Source: Eledone cirrhosa
Lineage: Eukaryota
Assembly: GCA_964016885.1 (NCBI GenBank)
Contig: OZ024741.1
Span: 347,262,001-347,326,000, forward strand
DNA length: 64,000 bases
Reading direction: 5' to 3'
Shown here in pieces: positions 41,401-54,301 of this stretch. The notes beneath the pieces are model-generated. The model worked only from the letters and a program-made list of their open reading frames with translations. It ran no database searches and had not been told where the DNA came from. The position numbers and the translations under genes were made by a program. The first letter of the stretch is position 1; every line of letters starts with the position of its first letter.

Positions 41401-42271
41401 TTTTTGGTGCTAAAATAAAGTCTAATAAACATATCTTTCGGCAAAACATTTATACGTCATTTTAACCAACAATCTTTTAATTAAGTAATTATCGTTAATA
41501 TAGTTAACCGACGTGTATTTTACTACTCGGAAATGCATAATTTTCGCTTTTGTTATTTTAATCATTTGTAAATTTTTTTAGCGAGGAGCCTGAATGATGG
41601 TAGGGGTGGACTAATATGTTTTCCAGTTGTTTTTAGTAATAACATTTTGAAGAAATAAAAGTGCATTTTAAAATTCATTTTATTGATAAGGTGTCTCAAA
41701 TAATTTGTGTTGACTTCCTTAATTAAAAACATAAACAGATAACTCTTATCATAGCAGGTCGGATTTTTTTTCCTTTCTTATTTCATATTCAATATTGCAA
41801 TATTTACTTTATATTCTATAAAATGACACTTAAATAAATATATATATAAAAATTACACACGTCTCAAAACTTCTAAACATTAATCGTACAAGTTACTTTA
41901 AATAATCAAAACGTTTTCATTTATTTAGCATTCGATCAACTATCATCGTGTTGACAAATGATCAAAATGATCACATTACTGTCTGATTATCTTGAGTTCT
42001 AAGATAGCTAGCTGCTATTTGGTTTTCTTTATCATACAGAATGGTTGTGTACGACAGATGTCTGCGTTGTTTACTTGGAACGATCTGTAGAAAATAACTT
42101 TTTTGCTCAGGTCTCGCCTCAGGATCGCGTATGAAGAATAAACGCATATATATAAATACATACATACAGACACACACACGTGTAAGCACACGCACACACA
42201 CGCACATATCTATCTATCTATTTATTTATCTATCTCTCTCTCTCTCCCTCTCTCTCCCTCTCTCTCTCTCT

Positions 42272-42328
<57 letters not shown>

Positions 42329-42341
42329 TATCTCTCTCTCC

Positions 42342-42434
<93 letters not shown>

Positions 42435-42438
<4 letters not shown>

Positions 42439-43195
42439 TTGAAATAAAATGAAAACGAAATTTCATTTATCACTCTTAGTACGGCGCTTACTTAAATATA
42501 AGTATGTGTGTATACGTACATACATATATGTATACATCGTTCCTGTGTCAGTGTTGAACAAAAAGGTGACGTGGTTGCCTTAACACCGTACGGCATAACA
42601 ATTCAGGCTGTTCAGTTTGTTTACAAACGAACAAAGCGGCGTTATAATAAGCGTCCGCTAAACTGATACGTGCATATATGTATGTGTACCTGTACGTCTG
42701 TATACATATATGTATGTACGTATACACACATACTTACATTTAAGTAAGTGCCGTAGTAAGAGTGAGAAATGAAATTTCGTTTTCATTTTATTTCAACTTA
42801 TCGTTTTCGGTATGCCTGACCGACTTAGCTCACTCGATATGCAAATTAGGCTGCTCAGCCGTTAATTTTCATAAGGAAAGTATATATTTTCGAACGTTCA
42901 ACTATCTGGCAGATGGGTATACGGTGCTGATGATACCTAACAAGCTTGAAACTAGTACATCGTTCCTGTGTCAGTGTTGAACAAAAAGGTGACGTGGTTG
43001 CCTTAACACCGTACGGCATAAAAATTCAGCCTGTTCAGTTTGTTTACAAACGAACAAAGCGGCGTTATAATAAGCGTCCGCTAAACTGATACGTGCATAT
43101 ATGTATGTGTACCTGTATGTATATGTATATATATGTGCATGCTACTGTACGTCTGTATACATATATGTATGTACGTATACACACATACTTACATA
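42435..43195 (+). mobile_element. ~423-bp HHR-containing retrozyme-like partial tandem with 5' inversion
   Basis: 42533-42735 is repeated at 42956-43195. 42435-42534 is the reverse complement of 42700-42801. Flanked by (TA)n. Confidence 0.8.
42921..42963 (+). ncRNA. Minimal type I hammerhead ribozyme
   Basis: acggtg-CTGATGA-t.acct(aaca)agct.t-GAAAC-ta-GTA-catcgt; 6-bp stem I, palindromic ACTAGT stem III, one mismatch in stem II. Confidence 0.78.
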
Positions 43196-43205
43196 TATAT
43201 ATATA

Positions 43206-43410
43206 TATTAAAATAACAGATTAAACAAACAATCACTGCTTTCACCCCTAACGGGATCTTCTGAAGATCCCGTTAAGGGCGAAAGCAGCGATTCTTTGCT
43301 TAAACTTGAATCTGTTATTTTAATAAATATTTGCTCTATGGTTCTTATATATTTGATATATATTTATCCTTATCGCGCCCTCTTTGGATTGTTGTCTTCA
43401 CATCTATTAT
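43206..43410. mobile_element. Fold-back PLE pseudo-LTR fragment pivoting in the HHR core
   Basis: Arms 43206-43261 and 43263-43325 centred on gatcttc-T-gaagatc; CTGAAGA-tccc(gttaa)gggc-GAAAGCA...TGCTT-aaac. Confidence 0.7.
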
Positions 43411-43426
43411 TATTACTATATATATA

Positions 43427-43650
43427 AGGGCGGTGGATTGGCAGTAGCGGTAGAAAGTCGGACACCATGCCTTACATCATAGAGTTGCGGCCCTTTACGT
43501 TCTGAGTTCAAATCCCGCCGAGTTTAAGGTTGCCTTTTAACCTTCCGGGGTCGATGAAATACAGTATCAGTAACGCACTGGGGTCGATTTAATCGACTTT
43601 CCCCCACTCCTTCAAATTACTGGCCTTGTGCCTAAAGTAGAAATCATTAT
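43427..43650 (+). mobile_element. tRNA-derived SINE (family A)
   Basis: Homologous to 3146-3338, with an extra internal segment. Confidence 0.85.
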
Positions 43651-44403
43651 TACTATATATATATAACGAAGGAAGTATGGTAAGAAACCAGGCGGACCAT
43701 AACGCACCAGAGTACTCGATACTTAGGATAGCAGAGTGGGTAATATGAAATGAGTCAGTTTCCACAGCCAGATCTACCTGTCGAAACGTTCGGAGCTTAG
43801 CTGTCGGGGTTCTGACTCTTTTCATATATGTATATATATATATACACATATATAATAAAAAAGAATGATATTTGTTGGTTAGTTCATTCGCGCATCATAC
43901 AAAAACGAAAAGTGACAATCGTGAAGTAAGTACAGCAATGGAATAAGGTAGGTTTCTTGATACTAATTTCATAAAGTTGAAACACATCCCCGGTATGGTA
44001 ACCCACCTGACAGCTATTTCTAGCAGGTTGTTAATCGACCATAAGTGATTCCCTCTGTGTGTTCGAGGTAAGTGTTTTTCATCTTCCTTGTTGATAAATC
44101 TCCCAAGAAAAAAACTTACCTCTTAATTTTAAATCTTTTATTTTTTGTTTTTAATTCTTATTAAATCTTTTTAACTGTAATACTCAACATTTGATAAAAT
44201 GACTTTTATTAATACATCGAAACCTGTTATATTTTATATACTTTATATACATTATAAAACTCTTTTTGAAAGAAGTGTCCCTCTCATGTTTACAATAATG
44301 TCACTTAGACGCAACAAGGAAAGGAAAAAAAAGAAAATGAGACCCTACAATATATTTTCCGTGCTATTTCCATCATCACCTTTTCTCTGTCTCTGTCTCT
44401 CTC

Positions 44404-44465
<62 letters not shown>

Positions 44466-44555
44466 TCTCTCTCTGTCTCTCTCTCACTTCAAGCGTGAAC
44501 CTAATACTAACACTGTACTGCACTCTTCGTTAATGTTTTTTTTCTTGTTTTTTAA

Positions 44556-44647
<92 letters not shown>

Positions 44648-44649
44648 AA

Positions 44650-44700
44650 AGCTTCTACAGGACTAGAATTGTTTCATTCCTGGGAATTCAGCAGGAGGCT
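44650..44700 (-). ncRNA. Type I hammerhead, CUGCUGA (C6) variant
   Basis: agcctc-CTGCTGA-attcc(ca)ggaat-GAAACA-attctagtcc-TGTA-gaagct. Confidence 0.6.
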
Positions 44701-44869
44701 GATTGTCCAAGTAATATGGTGGTATTTACATCTTTTCTAGTGTTAGGAGGGGGTGGTGATTGTGATCAGTAGAGGTCGTTGGTTGAGATAACCCCAGAAC
44801 CACTGATGGGTTTCGGTGAAACTTAAGCTCGTTCTAGGATTTAGAATAACCATAGAATCAAATATGACT

Positions 44870-46003
44870 AGGGCCAACTTTTTTAGATGTCACTCTCGAC
44901 CTAGATACTTCCCTCTATTACCCGTACCACAAATCTAACGAGTCCCTCAGATATATAAATGTTAATTCGAACCACCGCAAAAACATCACATATAACTTAG
45001 TTAAAAGCGTCTCACTCAGAATCTCCGGTCTCTCGGCTAATGAAGATAGCTTTAGCGCCTCTGCCTTTTACTATAACGACGCCCTCGCCCACAACGTATT
45101 TAAAGAAAAGATTACTTATCTAGAAACCACCCCAAGAGAAGCTGGGCGAAATAGTCATAGGCAGATTAGTTGGTACAACCCCACCCTTCAATAGAGAGGT
45201 TTCTACAGCTATAGCTAGGACTTTCTACAAATTTCTGAATATACACTTCCCCACTCAACATAGGTACTACACTATCTTTAATATTCTAATATTCACAATA
45301 AGACTCTCCTACTACCTAGCCAAGAATATAGCCAATCTCAACACAACACAAGTAAATAAGCCTACTACCTCCGAACCCAATCCCCGGACGGGACCTTTGT
45401 GCAACTGCCAAAATAAGGAAGCCTGACAACTTGAAAACAAATGCCTGACAAATGACATCGTATGTAAATGTGATCATCTCAGGCACTGATGACAACAACA
45501 AAAATACTTATATCGGAATGACTTCCAACTATTTTAAGACCCTGTGGTATGCCATACCCACTCTTTCAAAGGACCGGACGAATCCAATTAGACAACACTC
45601 GCCTCTTATGTATGGGACATCAAGAGAAACTCCAGCCCTTTTACGCTCAAATGGAAAATACTACAGTGAGCGCGCTCGTACGAGTGAGGACATAAGTACT
45701 GTGACCTTTGTATTTCAGAGAGCTACCAAATACAATTTGCCAAGTGCCTGATACTGAACAAACTCTCTGATCACTGCCTGAATTGCATGCACAACAGTTT
45801 AGCAACTTTCAAATATCTTAAGCCAGTGTTAATGCCAGAGGGCTAAAAAATGCTTTTTTTTTAAATAAACCCTCTCGACAAACTATCCCCTCCACCTTCA
45901 TCCCACCCTACTCCTACCCAAATTTCGACCTGCCTCGCGGTACTACCGTTATCTGTGTGCGTCTTACCTATCTGCTTTTTACACATGTATAGCGTACTTC
46001 AAA

Positions 46004-46005
<2 letters not shown>
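44870..46005 (+). mobile_element. Naiad-type PLE 3' fragment (RT thumb + GIY-YIG), frameshifted
   Basis: FLDVTLDL, YINVNSNH, LRISGLSANE, ISWYNP, CNCQNKEA*QLENKCL, YIGMTSNYFK, YCDLCISE. Confidence 0.85.
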
Positions 46006-46043
<38 letters not shown>

Positions 46044-46059
46044 TAAAATAACAGATAAA

Positions 46060-46110
46060 AGTTTAAGCAAAGAATCCCTGCTTTCACCCTTAACGGGATC
46101 TTCTGAAACT
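46060..46110 (-). ncRNA. Type I hammerhead-like motif, CAGAAGA (A4) variant
   Basis: agttt-CAGAAGA-t.ccc(gttaa)ggg.t-GAAAGCA-gggattctt-TGCTT-aaact; same family as 43261. Confidence 0.55.
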
Positions 46111-46819
46111 AAGCGTAAAGGCATGTGCTCGATGTGCAATATGCAGTGGAAAGCAACTAGGTGGCTGGGTTCATGCAGAGGTTAGGTGCACAGAGCTGGA
46201 AATATTCATTAGTTAAGCAAAACAAGACCACAAATTTCACAAGGAAGATATTATTAAAAGATTGTCAACATATTTTAGTTTGATGTAAGGGATGTAGAGA
46301 ATAATAAAAATAATATTAATAATAATAATGATCGTTTTCAATTGTTTTGCTACTCCATATAATATTTCTGGATCGAATGATTATAGATCATTATTGATCT
46401 GGTTCAGTTGAAAATAATTAACATAGGTAAAAATAGAGCAGGTCATCGGAACTTCAAAAGGAATATAAATTAAAATAAGGAAAGAATGTTACATGAATGT
46501 AATGTTCCATATATTGGTATTTCACTATGGTATCCTATTGTCTGACATAGTCGAGCAGTATTCTTCTGGCGCGGCTGCATTGTGTGAGATCTACCTATGG
46601 GTAACAAAATGGCCGCCAAAGGACATATTTATCTTACTAATTAGAGGGTGGGTTCAGGAGAGGTAACTCCTCGATAGATTAGAAATTGTGGGTAGTTTAT
46701 AGTTAAGGATTACTATTTTTTAATTTTTTTAATTGAGAGACAATGTAAGGGAGGCAACTTATCCAAGTTAGCTATAATAATTTAACTGATTAGCTACAAG
46801 TAAAAATGTGGTTATATGA

Positions 46820-47392
46820 CTATGTTGGGTCAAATATTCTGTTGGCGAAGGAATTAGCCCTTCGATGTTGACAGCTACTAGTTACCTCCGTTCTATCGTT
46901 AATCGGTAGAGGTTGTGATAGAGTTATGTAATATGCTTCGGTAAGACAGAGGTCACAAGAGTTGCTTCGTCCATTGAACGGTTGGGCCCTAGCCAAGATA
47001 TCCCATGTTAGTGAGTGTTCAATGTTGGTTAATTTAATGTTTTTAATGAGCCTAGCCAGAGATGTCGAACATCTGTTGTTAGGGTCACGGAAGGAAAAAG
47101 AGTGCGCGTTATATAGTACCTTAAAGGGGTAAGACGTAGAGCCGATATAGGAGCTGGTATGCGAAGAAGTTTTAACCGTGCACCTATAAACTATATTGGG
47201 TGTCAGGCAATGTCCATTTAGTGGGCATGCATTAGGGTAACGGCAGTTGCAGTTACTTCTGCGGTTAGTGAAAGTAGGTTTGTTTAAGCTAAGCGGTCGG
47301 TCAGTTCTAGAAGGATTGGATGGGGGAGGTGTGCTACTAGAGTGAGTATTGGTGTAGTGGCGTGGTGTATTTGATCGGGGTGGTGGTACCAT
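46820..47392 (-). CDS. GIY-YIG endonuclease domain of Naiad-type PLE
   Basis: CNCRYPNACPLNGHCLTPNIVYRC...SYIGSTSYPFK...HSFSF...CDLCLTEAYYI...SCQHRR, uninterrupted frame. Confidence 0.8.
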   Translation of the reverse strand: MVPPPRSNTPRHYTNTHSSSTPPPSNPSRTDRPLSLNKPTFTNRRSNCNCRYPNACPLNGHCLTPNIVYRCTVKTSSHTSSYIGSTSYPFKVLYNAHSFSFRDPNNRCSTSLARLIKNIKLTNIEHSLTWDILARAQPFNGRSNSCDLCLTEAYYITLSQPLPINDRTEVTSSCQHRRANSFANRIFDPT

Positions 47393-48764
47393 GGTATGGG
47401 AGTTTACTGTCTTAGTTTATGATGGTTACTGAATGCGATGTGGCTAGCTAGGTTAGGCGTTGTGGAGAATGAGATTTTAACGTTATTTTTATTAAAGAGT
47501 TTGTAATATCTATGGTGGTGGTGGTGGGGGGGGGGGGGGTTAGATACGATAGAGAAGAAGCGTTTAGGAATATTAGTGGCTAGATTAGATGGGAATGGGG
47601 GGTTAAGCCACGTGATATTTCTAGGCTTATTCCTTCTAGGGTTCTAGTGGAGTTGGTAGGGGCCTTCATAGGGTTATTATTACCTGGGCATTTGTTATTT
47701 GTCATCTCATTGCTCATTCCTATTCTAGGGTTGATTTTTCGTTAGCTACTTAGAGTGGGAAGCAGGTCTCTGCCACCATTAAGGTTCCCTGTATAGTGCT
47801 ATTACTGCTAAACTTCCGGCGAGTCTGGCTATATGCTAAGGTATTTCTAGTTCTAGTGTTAAGTTTATTATAGTTGTGGTGAAGTGCTGTGTTACGGGAT
47901 TTAGGTAAATCTATCCAGATGCAAGTCCTTAACCAAAGCCTGGGCTTTTCGGTTAACTAAGTTTTCACTGGAGGGTATAGATTTTTTATAGATTTTATTA
48001 AGTTCCTTAAGAAGGAAAGAGTTGAAGCTTTCAGGAGTCATGGTGTATAGATTTTTAGTTTTGTCAGACAAAAGATGTAAGAGGTGGCGATTTTTAAATT
48101 TGTTTATAGTTGTTGCTAATTTTGTGAGAGAATTATTCTTGTGTCTATAATGTTTTTTGAATTTAATGATCCTGACGAAGTTAAATAGATCTTTCTCAAA
48201 CGGGTTGTGTGGAGGGTTCTTGCAGGTGTTAAATCCATATCTGTTTCCTGTACTTCCGGCGTCAGCAGCACGCGCACGGTCCAAGTGGAAGGTTTTCCAT
48301 AGTATTCTTCGGATGACAGAGTTGACACTCTGTATTAGGGGTTTGAGGTATGTCTTCCTGTCCGGGATAAGTATGGACTTAAGTGATATCCTGAGTTCCT
48401 GCTTGCTCAACATGGTGACTTCTAACAGTAAGTAGCTCAACTACGGGAGCTCAAGTATACACAGTTCAAGATTAACCAATCTTACAGAGAGAAATTGAGA
48501 TAGGAGAGGAGAAGAGAGATTGGTGAATTAGTTAGAAGCCAAAGCGTAAAGGCATGTGCTCGATGTGCAATATACAGTGGAAGGCAGCTAGGTGGCTGGG
48601 TTCATGCAGTGGTTAGGTACACAGAGCTGGACATATTCATTAGTTAAGCCAAACAAGACCACAAATTTCACAAGGAAGACATCATTAAAAGATTGTCAAC
48701 ATATTTTAGTTTGATGTAAGGGATGTAGAGAATAATAATAATAGTATTAATAATAATAATGTCC

Positions 48765-48883
48765 GTTTACAATTGTTTCGCTACTCCATATGATATTTCT
48801 GGATCGAATGATTATAGATCATTATAGATCTGGTTCAGTTGAAAATAATTAACATAGGTAAAAATAGAGCAGTTCATCGGAAC
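48765..48883 (-). ncRNA. Type I hammerhead, CCGAUGA (C4) variant, long stem II
   Basis: Homologous to 49690-49809; a decayed third copy lies at 46334-46453. Confidence 0.62.
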
Positions 48884-49689
48884 TTCAAAAGGAATATAAA
48901 TTAAAATAAGGAAAGAATGTTACATGAATGTAAACCTAACTAGCCACATCGTATTCAGTAACCATCTTAAACTAAGAGAGTATAACTCCCACACCGCGGT
49001 ACTACCACCCCCATCAAATGCACCACGCCACTACACCAATACTCACTCTAGTAGCACACCTCCCCCATCCAATCCTTCTAGAACTGACCAAACGCTTAGC
49101 TTAAACAACCCTACTCTCACTAACCGCAGAAGTAACTGCAACTGCCGTTACCCTAATGCATGCCCACCAAATCGACATTGCCTGACACCCAGAATAATTT
49201 ATAGGTTCACGATTAAAACTGCTTCGCATACCAGCTCCTATATCGGCTCTACCTCTAAACCCTTTAAGTTATGATATAACGCGCACTCTTTTTCCTCCCG
49301 TCACCCTAACAACAGATGTACGACATCTATGGCTAGGCTCATTAAAAACCTTAAATTAACCAACATTGAACATTCACTAACATGGGATATCTTGGCTAGG
49401 GCCCAACCGTTCAATGGACGAAGCAACTCTTGTGACCTCTGTCTTACCGAACCCTATTATATAACTCTATCACGAACTCTACCGATTAACGATAGAACGG
49501 AGGTAACTATTAGCTGTCAACATCGAAAGGCTAATTCCTTCGCCAACAGAATATTTGACCCAACATAGTCATCTAGCTCGACTAGGGCAGACAATAGATA
49601 TACCCAGGACACCATAGTGAAATACCAATATATGGAACGTTACATTCATGTAACATTCTTTCCTTATTCTAATTTATATTCCTTTTGCA

Positions 49690-49809
49690 GTTCCGATGAG
49701 CTGCTCTATCTTTACCTATTTTAATTATTTTTCAACTGAACCAGATCAATAATGATCTATAATCATTCGATCCAGAAATATGTTATGGAGTAGCGAAACA
49801 ATTGTAAAC
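49690..49809 (+). ncRNA. Type I hammerhead, CCGAUGA (C4) variant, long stem II
   Basis: gtt-CCGATGA-gctgctc(~80 nt)gagtagc-GAAAC-aatt-GTA-aac; palindromic ACAATTGT. Confidence 0.68.
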
Positions 49810-49850
49810 GAACATTATTATTATTAATATTATTATTATTATTAATATTA

Positions 49851-50045
49851 TAAGGGCAGAGGATTGGCAGTACCAGTAGAGGGTCGGACGCCATGCTTTG
49901 ACGCATAGAGTTACGGTCCTTGCCATTCTGAGTTCAAATCCCGCCGAGGTTAACTTTGCCTTTCATCCTTTCGGGGTCGATAAAATAAAGTACCAGTAAT
50001 ACACTGGGTTAATTGCTGGCCTTGTGCCAAAAGTAGAAACAATTA
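49851..50045 (+). mobile_element. tRNA-derived SINE (family A) nested in PLE pseudo-LTR
   Basis: Inserted in the (TTA)n tract; absent from the other two pLTR copies. Confidence 0.88.
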
Positions 50046-50346
50046 TTATTAATATTATTTTTATTATTCTCTACATCCCTTACATCAAACTAAAATGTGT
50101 TGACAATCTTTTAATAATGTCTTCCTTGTGAAGTTTGTGGTCTTGTTTTGCTTAACTAATGAATATTTCCAGCTCTGTGCACCTAACCTCTGCATGAACC
50201 CACCCACCTAGCTGCCTTTCACTGCATGTTGCACATCGAGCACATGCCTTTACGCTTTGGCTTCTAACTAATTCACCAATCTCTCTTCTCCTCTACTATC
50301 TCCTCTCCTATCTCTATCTCTCTCTTTAAGATTGGTTAATCTTGAA

Positions 50347-50559
<213 letters not shown>

Positions 50560-50752
50560 TATAATTAAGACAATAACAGTGATAGTTTAAAGCTAATCTC
50601 TGACTGGTAACCATCTCACTCAACAAACATTAGGTTATATTTTAATATAAACCCAATTTAAGTGTCTGGGGTGCTAACAATATGTATTATGTGGAAAAGC
50701 CAGTTGTATTATTTCATGAGATATAATTAAAGTTAAAATATATCTCAACTCA

Positions 50753-50792
50753 CCTTTTGAAAAGCAGAAGAACTGCGCGAAACCGGTAAAGG
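50753..50792 (+). ncRNA. Minimal type I hammerhead, U3-A8 (UUGAAAA) variant
   Basis: cctt-TTGAAAA-gc(agaagaactgc)gc-GAAAC-cg-GTA-aagg. Confidence 0.7.
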
Positions 50793-50958
50793 AAACAAAT
50801 AAATGTATATATATTTTTAAAAAAAATAAGACTCCAGTTGCATTTTCGATTTCATCTCTTTTTCTATATATATATATATATATATAGAAAAAGAGATGAA
50901 ATCGAAAATGCAGCTGGAGTCTTATTTTATTTTAAAATGTATATACATTTATTTGGTT

Positions 50959-50997
50959 CCTTTACCGGTTTCGCGCAGTTTTCAGCTTTTCAAAAGG
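50959..50997 (-). ncRNA. Minimal type I hammerhead, U3-A8 (UUGAAAA) variant
   Basis: cctt-TTGAAAA-gc(tgaaaactgc)gc-GAAAC-cg-GTA-aagg on the minus strand. Confidence 0.7.
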
Positions 50998-52635
50998 TGA
51001 GTTCAGATGGAGGGTCTGTGGTTTTTCTCACATCTGGTTGGTCTCTGAATGTTACTTGTTTTATATGGAAAAAGTGGCTCGAAATGCCAGGTTTTTCGAG
51101 AAGTAATTTGATTGGTTTGTCAATAATTATAATAAATTTCGCGCCAGTTCGCGTTACAATAGTTCTTCAAATAAGAGGGGGGGGGTGTCACAGGTTGTTA
51201 TTTTCATATATGAGTGTTTGAATTTCTTTTTACTTGAAAAAAGGGGCTCACGAATGCTTTTTTTGGTTGGTTATAAATGAAATTCTGGCTGTCACGTGAA
51301 CAAGTTTTCATAAAATTTGCGTCCCCTTATTTGGAAATCCATTTTGTAGCCTTTTTAGAGAATTTTATGATAAGTGAAAGATAATGGTCAAGAGAAAGGG
51401 ATGGGAGAATTGTTCTGGTTCAATGAATATGGTTAGTTCGCTGGGGTGTCAGACTTCAGATTTTCTATTGAATAAAGAATGTAAATATATTTATGTTTAT
51501 TTGTGTGCTTGTGTGTGTGTGCGTGTGTGTGTGTGTGTGTTGTGTGTGTGTGTGTTTGAATTTCTTTACTTTAAAAAAAGGTGGCTCACGATGGCATTTT
51601 TTTAATAAATGTGATTTGATTGGTTATAAATGAAATTTGGCTGTCACGTGAACAGGTTTTCATTACATTTTCGCGCCCTTATTTGGAAATCTATTCTGTA
51701 GCCTTTATAGAGAATGTTATGACAAGGGAAAGATAGTGGTCAAGAGAAATTCCTCTTGCGAGGTTAAAAGGAATGTTCGTCTTCGTGTGCTTTGGATGGT
51801 TGGAGGTGAATAGCAGATATTGTTTGGAATCTGTTGGTTTCTAGTGTATGTCAGTTTCGATATTTATGTCTCTTTTTAAGATTAAGATATCCAGAAATAG
51901 GAGTTGATCTTGGTTGTATTCCATTGTGAATTGGATGTGGTTATTGATGCCGTTTATTAAGTTTTTGAAATCCTTCAGTTGGTCGAGTGTGTGGGACTAA
52001 AGAATGAGGCAATCATCCAAGTAGCGTTTCCAATTATCTGATAAATATTTGTGGAAGTTCAATCCGTATTTTGATTTGGAATGTTCATACATCTGGACTT
52101 CTAAGTATGCCATGACTAAGTTGGCATAAGTTGGAGCGGCTTTTGTACCCATCGCAGTCCCCGATATTTGCTTGTAAGTATTGGCATCGAAATCAAAAAA
52201 GTTGTTTTGTAAGATGAATTTTAATCCCTTTTAGAAAATAAAAACCCGAACTAAATAAAACTTAACATACGTTTGCACTGACAATACAACAGAACAAATA
52301 CGAATAAGTAAGGAAAATATGTTCATTCAAAAATATTCCTACTAAAGGAATCATTTTCCTACACACACACACACACACAATATATATATATATTCTCATC
52401 TTAACATGCTAACCGTACTCCCACACACATAACACCCATACACACACATAACAACCCCCAAACCCACAACTCCCTCCCCCATTTCTACTAATATAACCAC
52501 TTTCCTACACACATATATACACACACACAAAATATATATTCTCTCCATCTTAACATACTCGCACACACATACATAACACCCATATACACACACACATAAC
52601 TCGCTCGCCCATTTCTACTAATAGAATCATCTTCC

Positions 52636-52711
<76 letters not shown>

Positions 52712-52726
52712 CACATACACACACAC

Positions 52727-52767
<41 letters not shown>

Positions 52768-53632
52768 AGCACACAAATAAACATACATATCTTTACTTCA
52801 ATAGAAAATCTGAACTCTGACACCCCAGCGAACTAACCATATTCATTGAACCAGAACAATTCTCCCAATCCCATTTCTCTTGACCACTATCTTTCCCTTG
52901 TCATAACATTCTCTATGAAGGCTACAGAATAGATTTCCAAATAAGGGCACGAAAATGTAATGAAAACTTGTTCACGTGACAGCCAAATTTCATTTATAAC
53001 CAATCAAATCACGTTTATTAAAAAAAAGCCTTCGTGAGCCACCTTTTTTTAAAGTAAAGAAATTCAAACACACACACACACACAACACACACACATACAC
53101 ACACAGACGCACACACACACACAAGCACACAAATAAACATACATATCTTTACTTTCATTATTCAATAGAAAATCTGAATTCTGACACCCCAGCGAACTAA
53201 CCATATTCACTGAACCAGAACAATTCTCCCACCCCTTTCTCTTGAACATTATCTTTCACTTATCATCAAATTCTCTAAAAAGGCTACAGAATGGATTTCC
53301 AAATAAGGGGACGCAAAGTTTATGAAAACTTCTTCACGTGACAGCCAGAATTTCATTTATAACCAACCCAAAAAATCATTCGTGAGCCCCTTTTTTCAAG
53401 TAAAAAAAAAATTCAAACAATCGAATATGAAAAAACAACCTGTGACACCCCCCTCTTATTTGAAGAACTATTGTAACGCGAAGTGGCGCGAAATTTATTA
53501 TAATTATTGAAAAACAAATCAAATTACTTCTCGAAAAACCTGGCATTTCGAGCCACTTTTTCCATATAAAACAAGTAACATTCAGAGACCAACCAGATGT
53601 GAAAAAAACCACAGACATTCCATCTCAACTCA

Positions 53633-53670
53633 CCTTTTGAAAAGCAGAAGAAATGCGAAACCGGTAAAGG
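53633..53670 (+). ncRNA. Minimal type I hammerhead, U3-A8 (UUGAAAA) variant
   Basis: cctt-TTGAAAA-gca(gaagaaa)tgc-GAAAC-cg-GTA-aagg; palindromic ACCGGT. Confidence 0.75.
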
Positions 53671-53801
53671 AACCAAATAAATATATATATTTAAAAAAAA
53701 ATAAGACTCCAGTTGCATTTTCGATTTCATCTCTTTTTCTTTATACTTTCACTCGTGTAGGACACCTCTGTTATTTTTCAAGTTGTAAAAAAAAACCTCA
53801 C

Positions 53802-53860
<59 letters not shown>

Positions 53861-54208
53861 TATATATATAGTCCGGCTGCTGTCTTCTTAACAAACCACT
53901 TTCCACTGATTGACCTCGATGTCACGTGATTGATTCTTTTGAATTTGCCACCGACGCAGTAGGCGGTGGTTTTCTCAATGGCTAGGAATTTAGTCCACGC
54001 TTTGCTTTTTTCCATCCACTGAATTATTTTTGAATAAGTTCCCTGTGTCCAGGTATTGCCTGGAAACTTAGCTGAGAATAGACTTCCCTGATGACGAAAG
54101 GCTTCTCTGTACGCTCCTCGGAAAGTATGTTTATTCCCTTTCAGAAATTAATTAGTTGGGAGTGAAATTTTAGTAAGTAAGTTAATTCCATAATTTTCTT
54201 ATTTTACG

Positions 54209-54297
<89 letters not shown>

Positions 54298-54301
<4 letters not shown>

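Larger units (their letters stand above)
50741..53745. mobile_element. PLE remnant: RT fragment (51750-52230, minus) with inverted pseudo-LTR arms (50885-51750 / 52760-53745)
   Basis: Minus strand YKQISGTAMGTKAAPTYANLVMAYLE...WKRYLDDCLIL...FLDILI...KPTDSKQYLLFTSNHPKHTKTNIPFNLA. Arms contain internal direct repeats and HHRs. Confidence 0.85.

Noticed and set aside
54085-54135. CTGATGA...GAAA hammerhead-like motif
   Set aside because: Stem II is weak and no convincing stem I, stem III or NUH can be formed; at best a decayed remnant.
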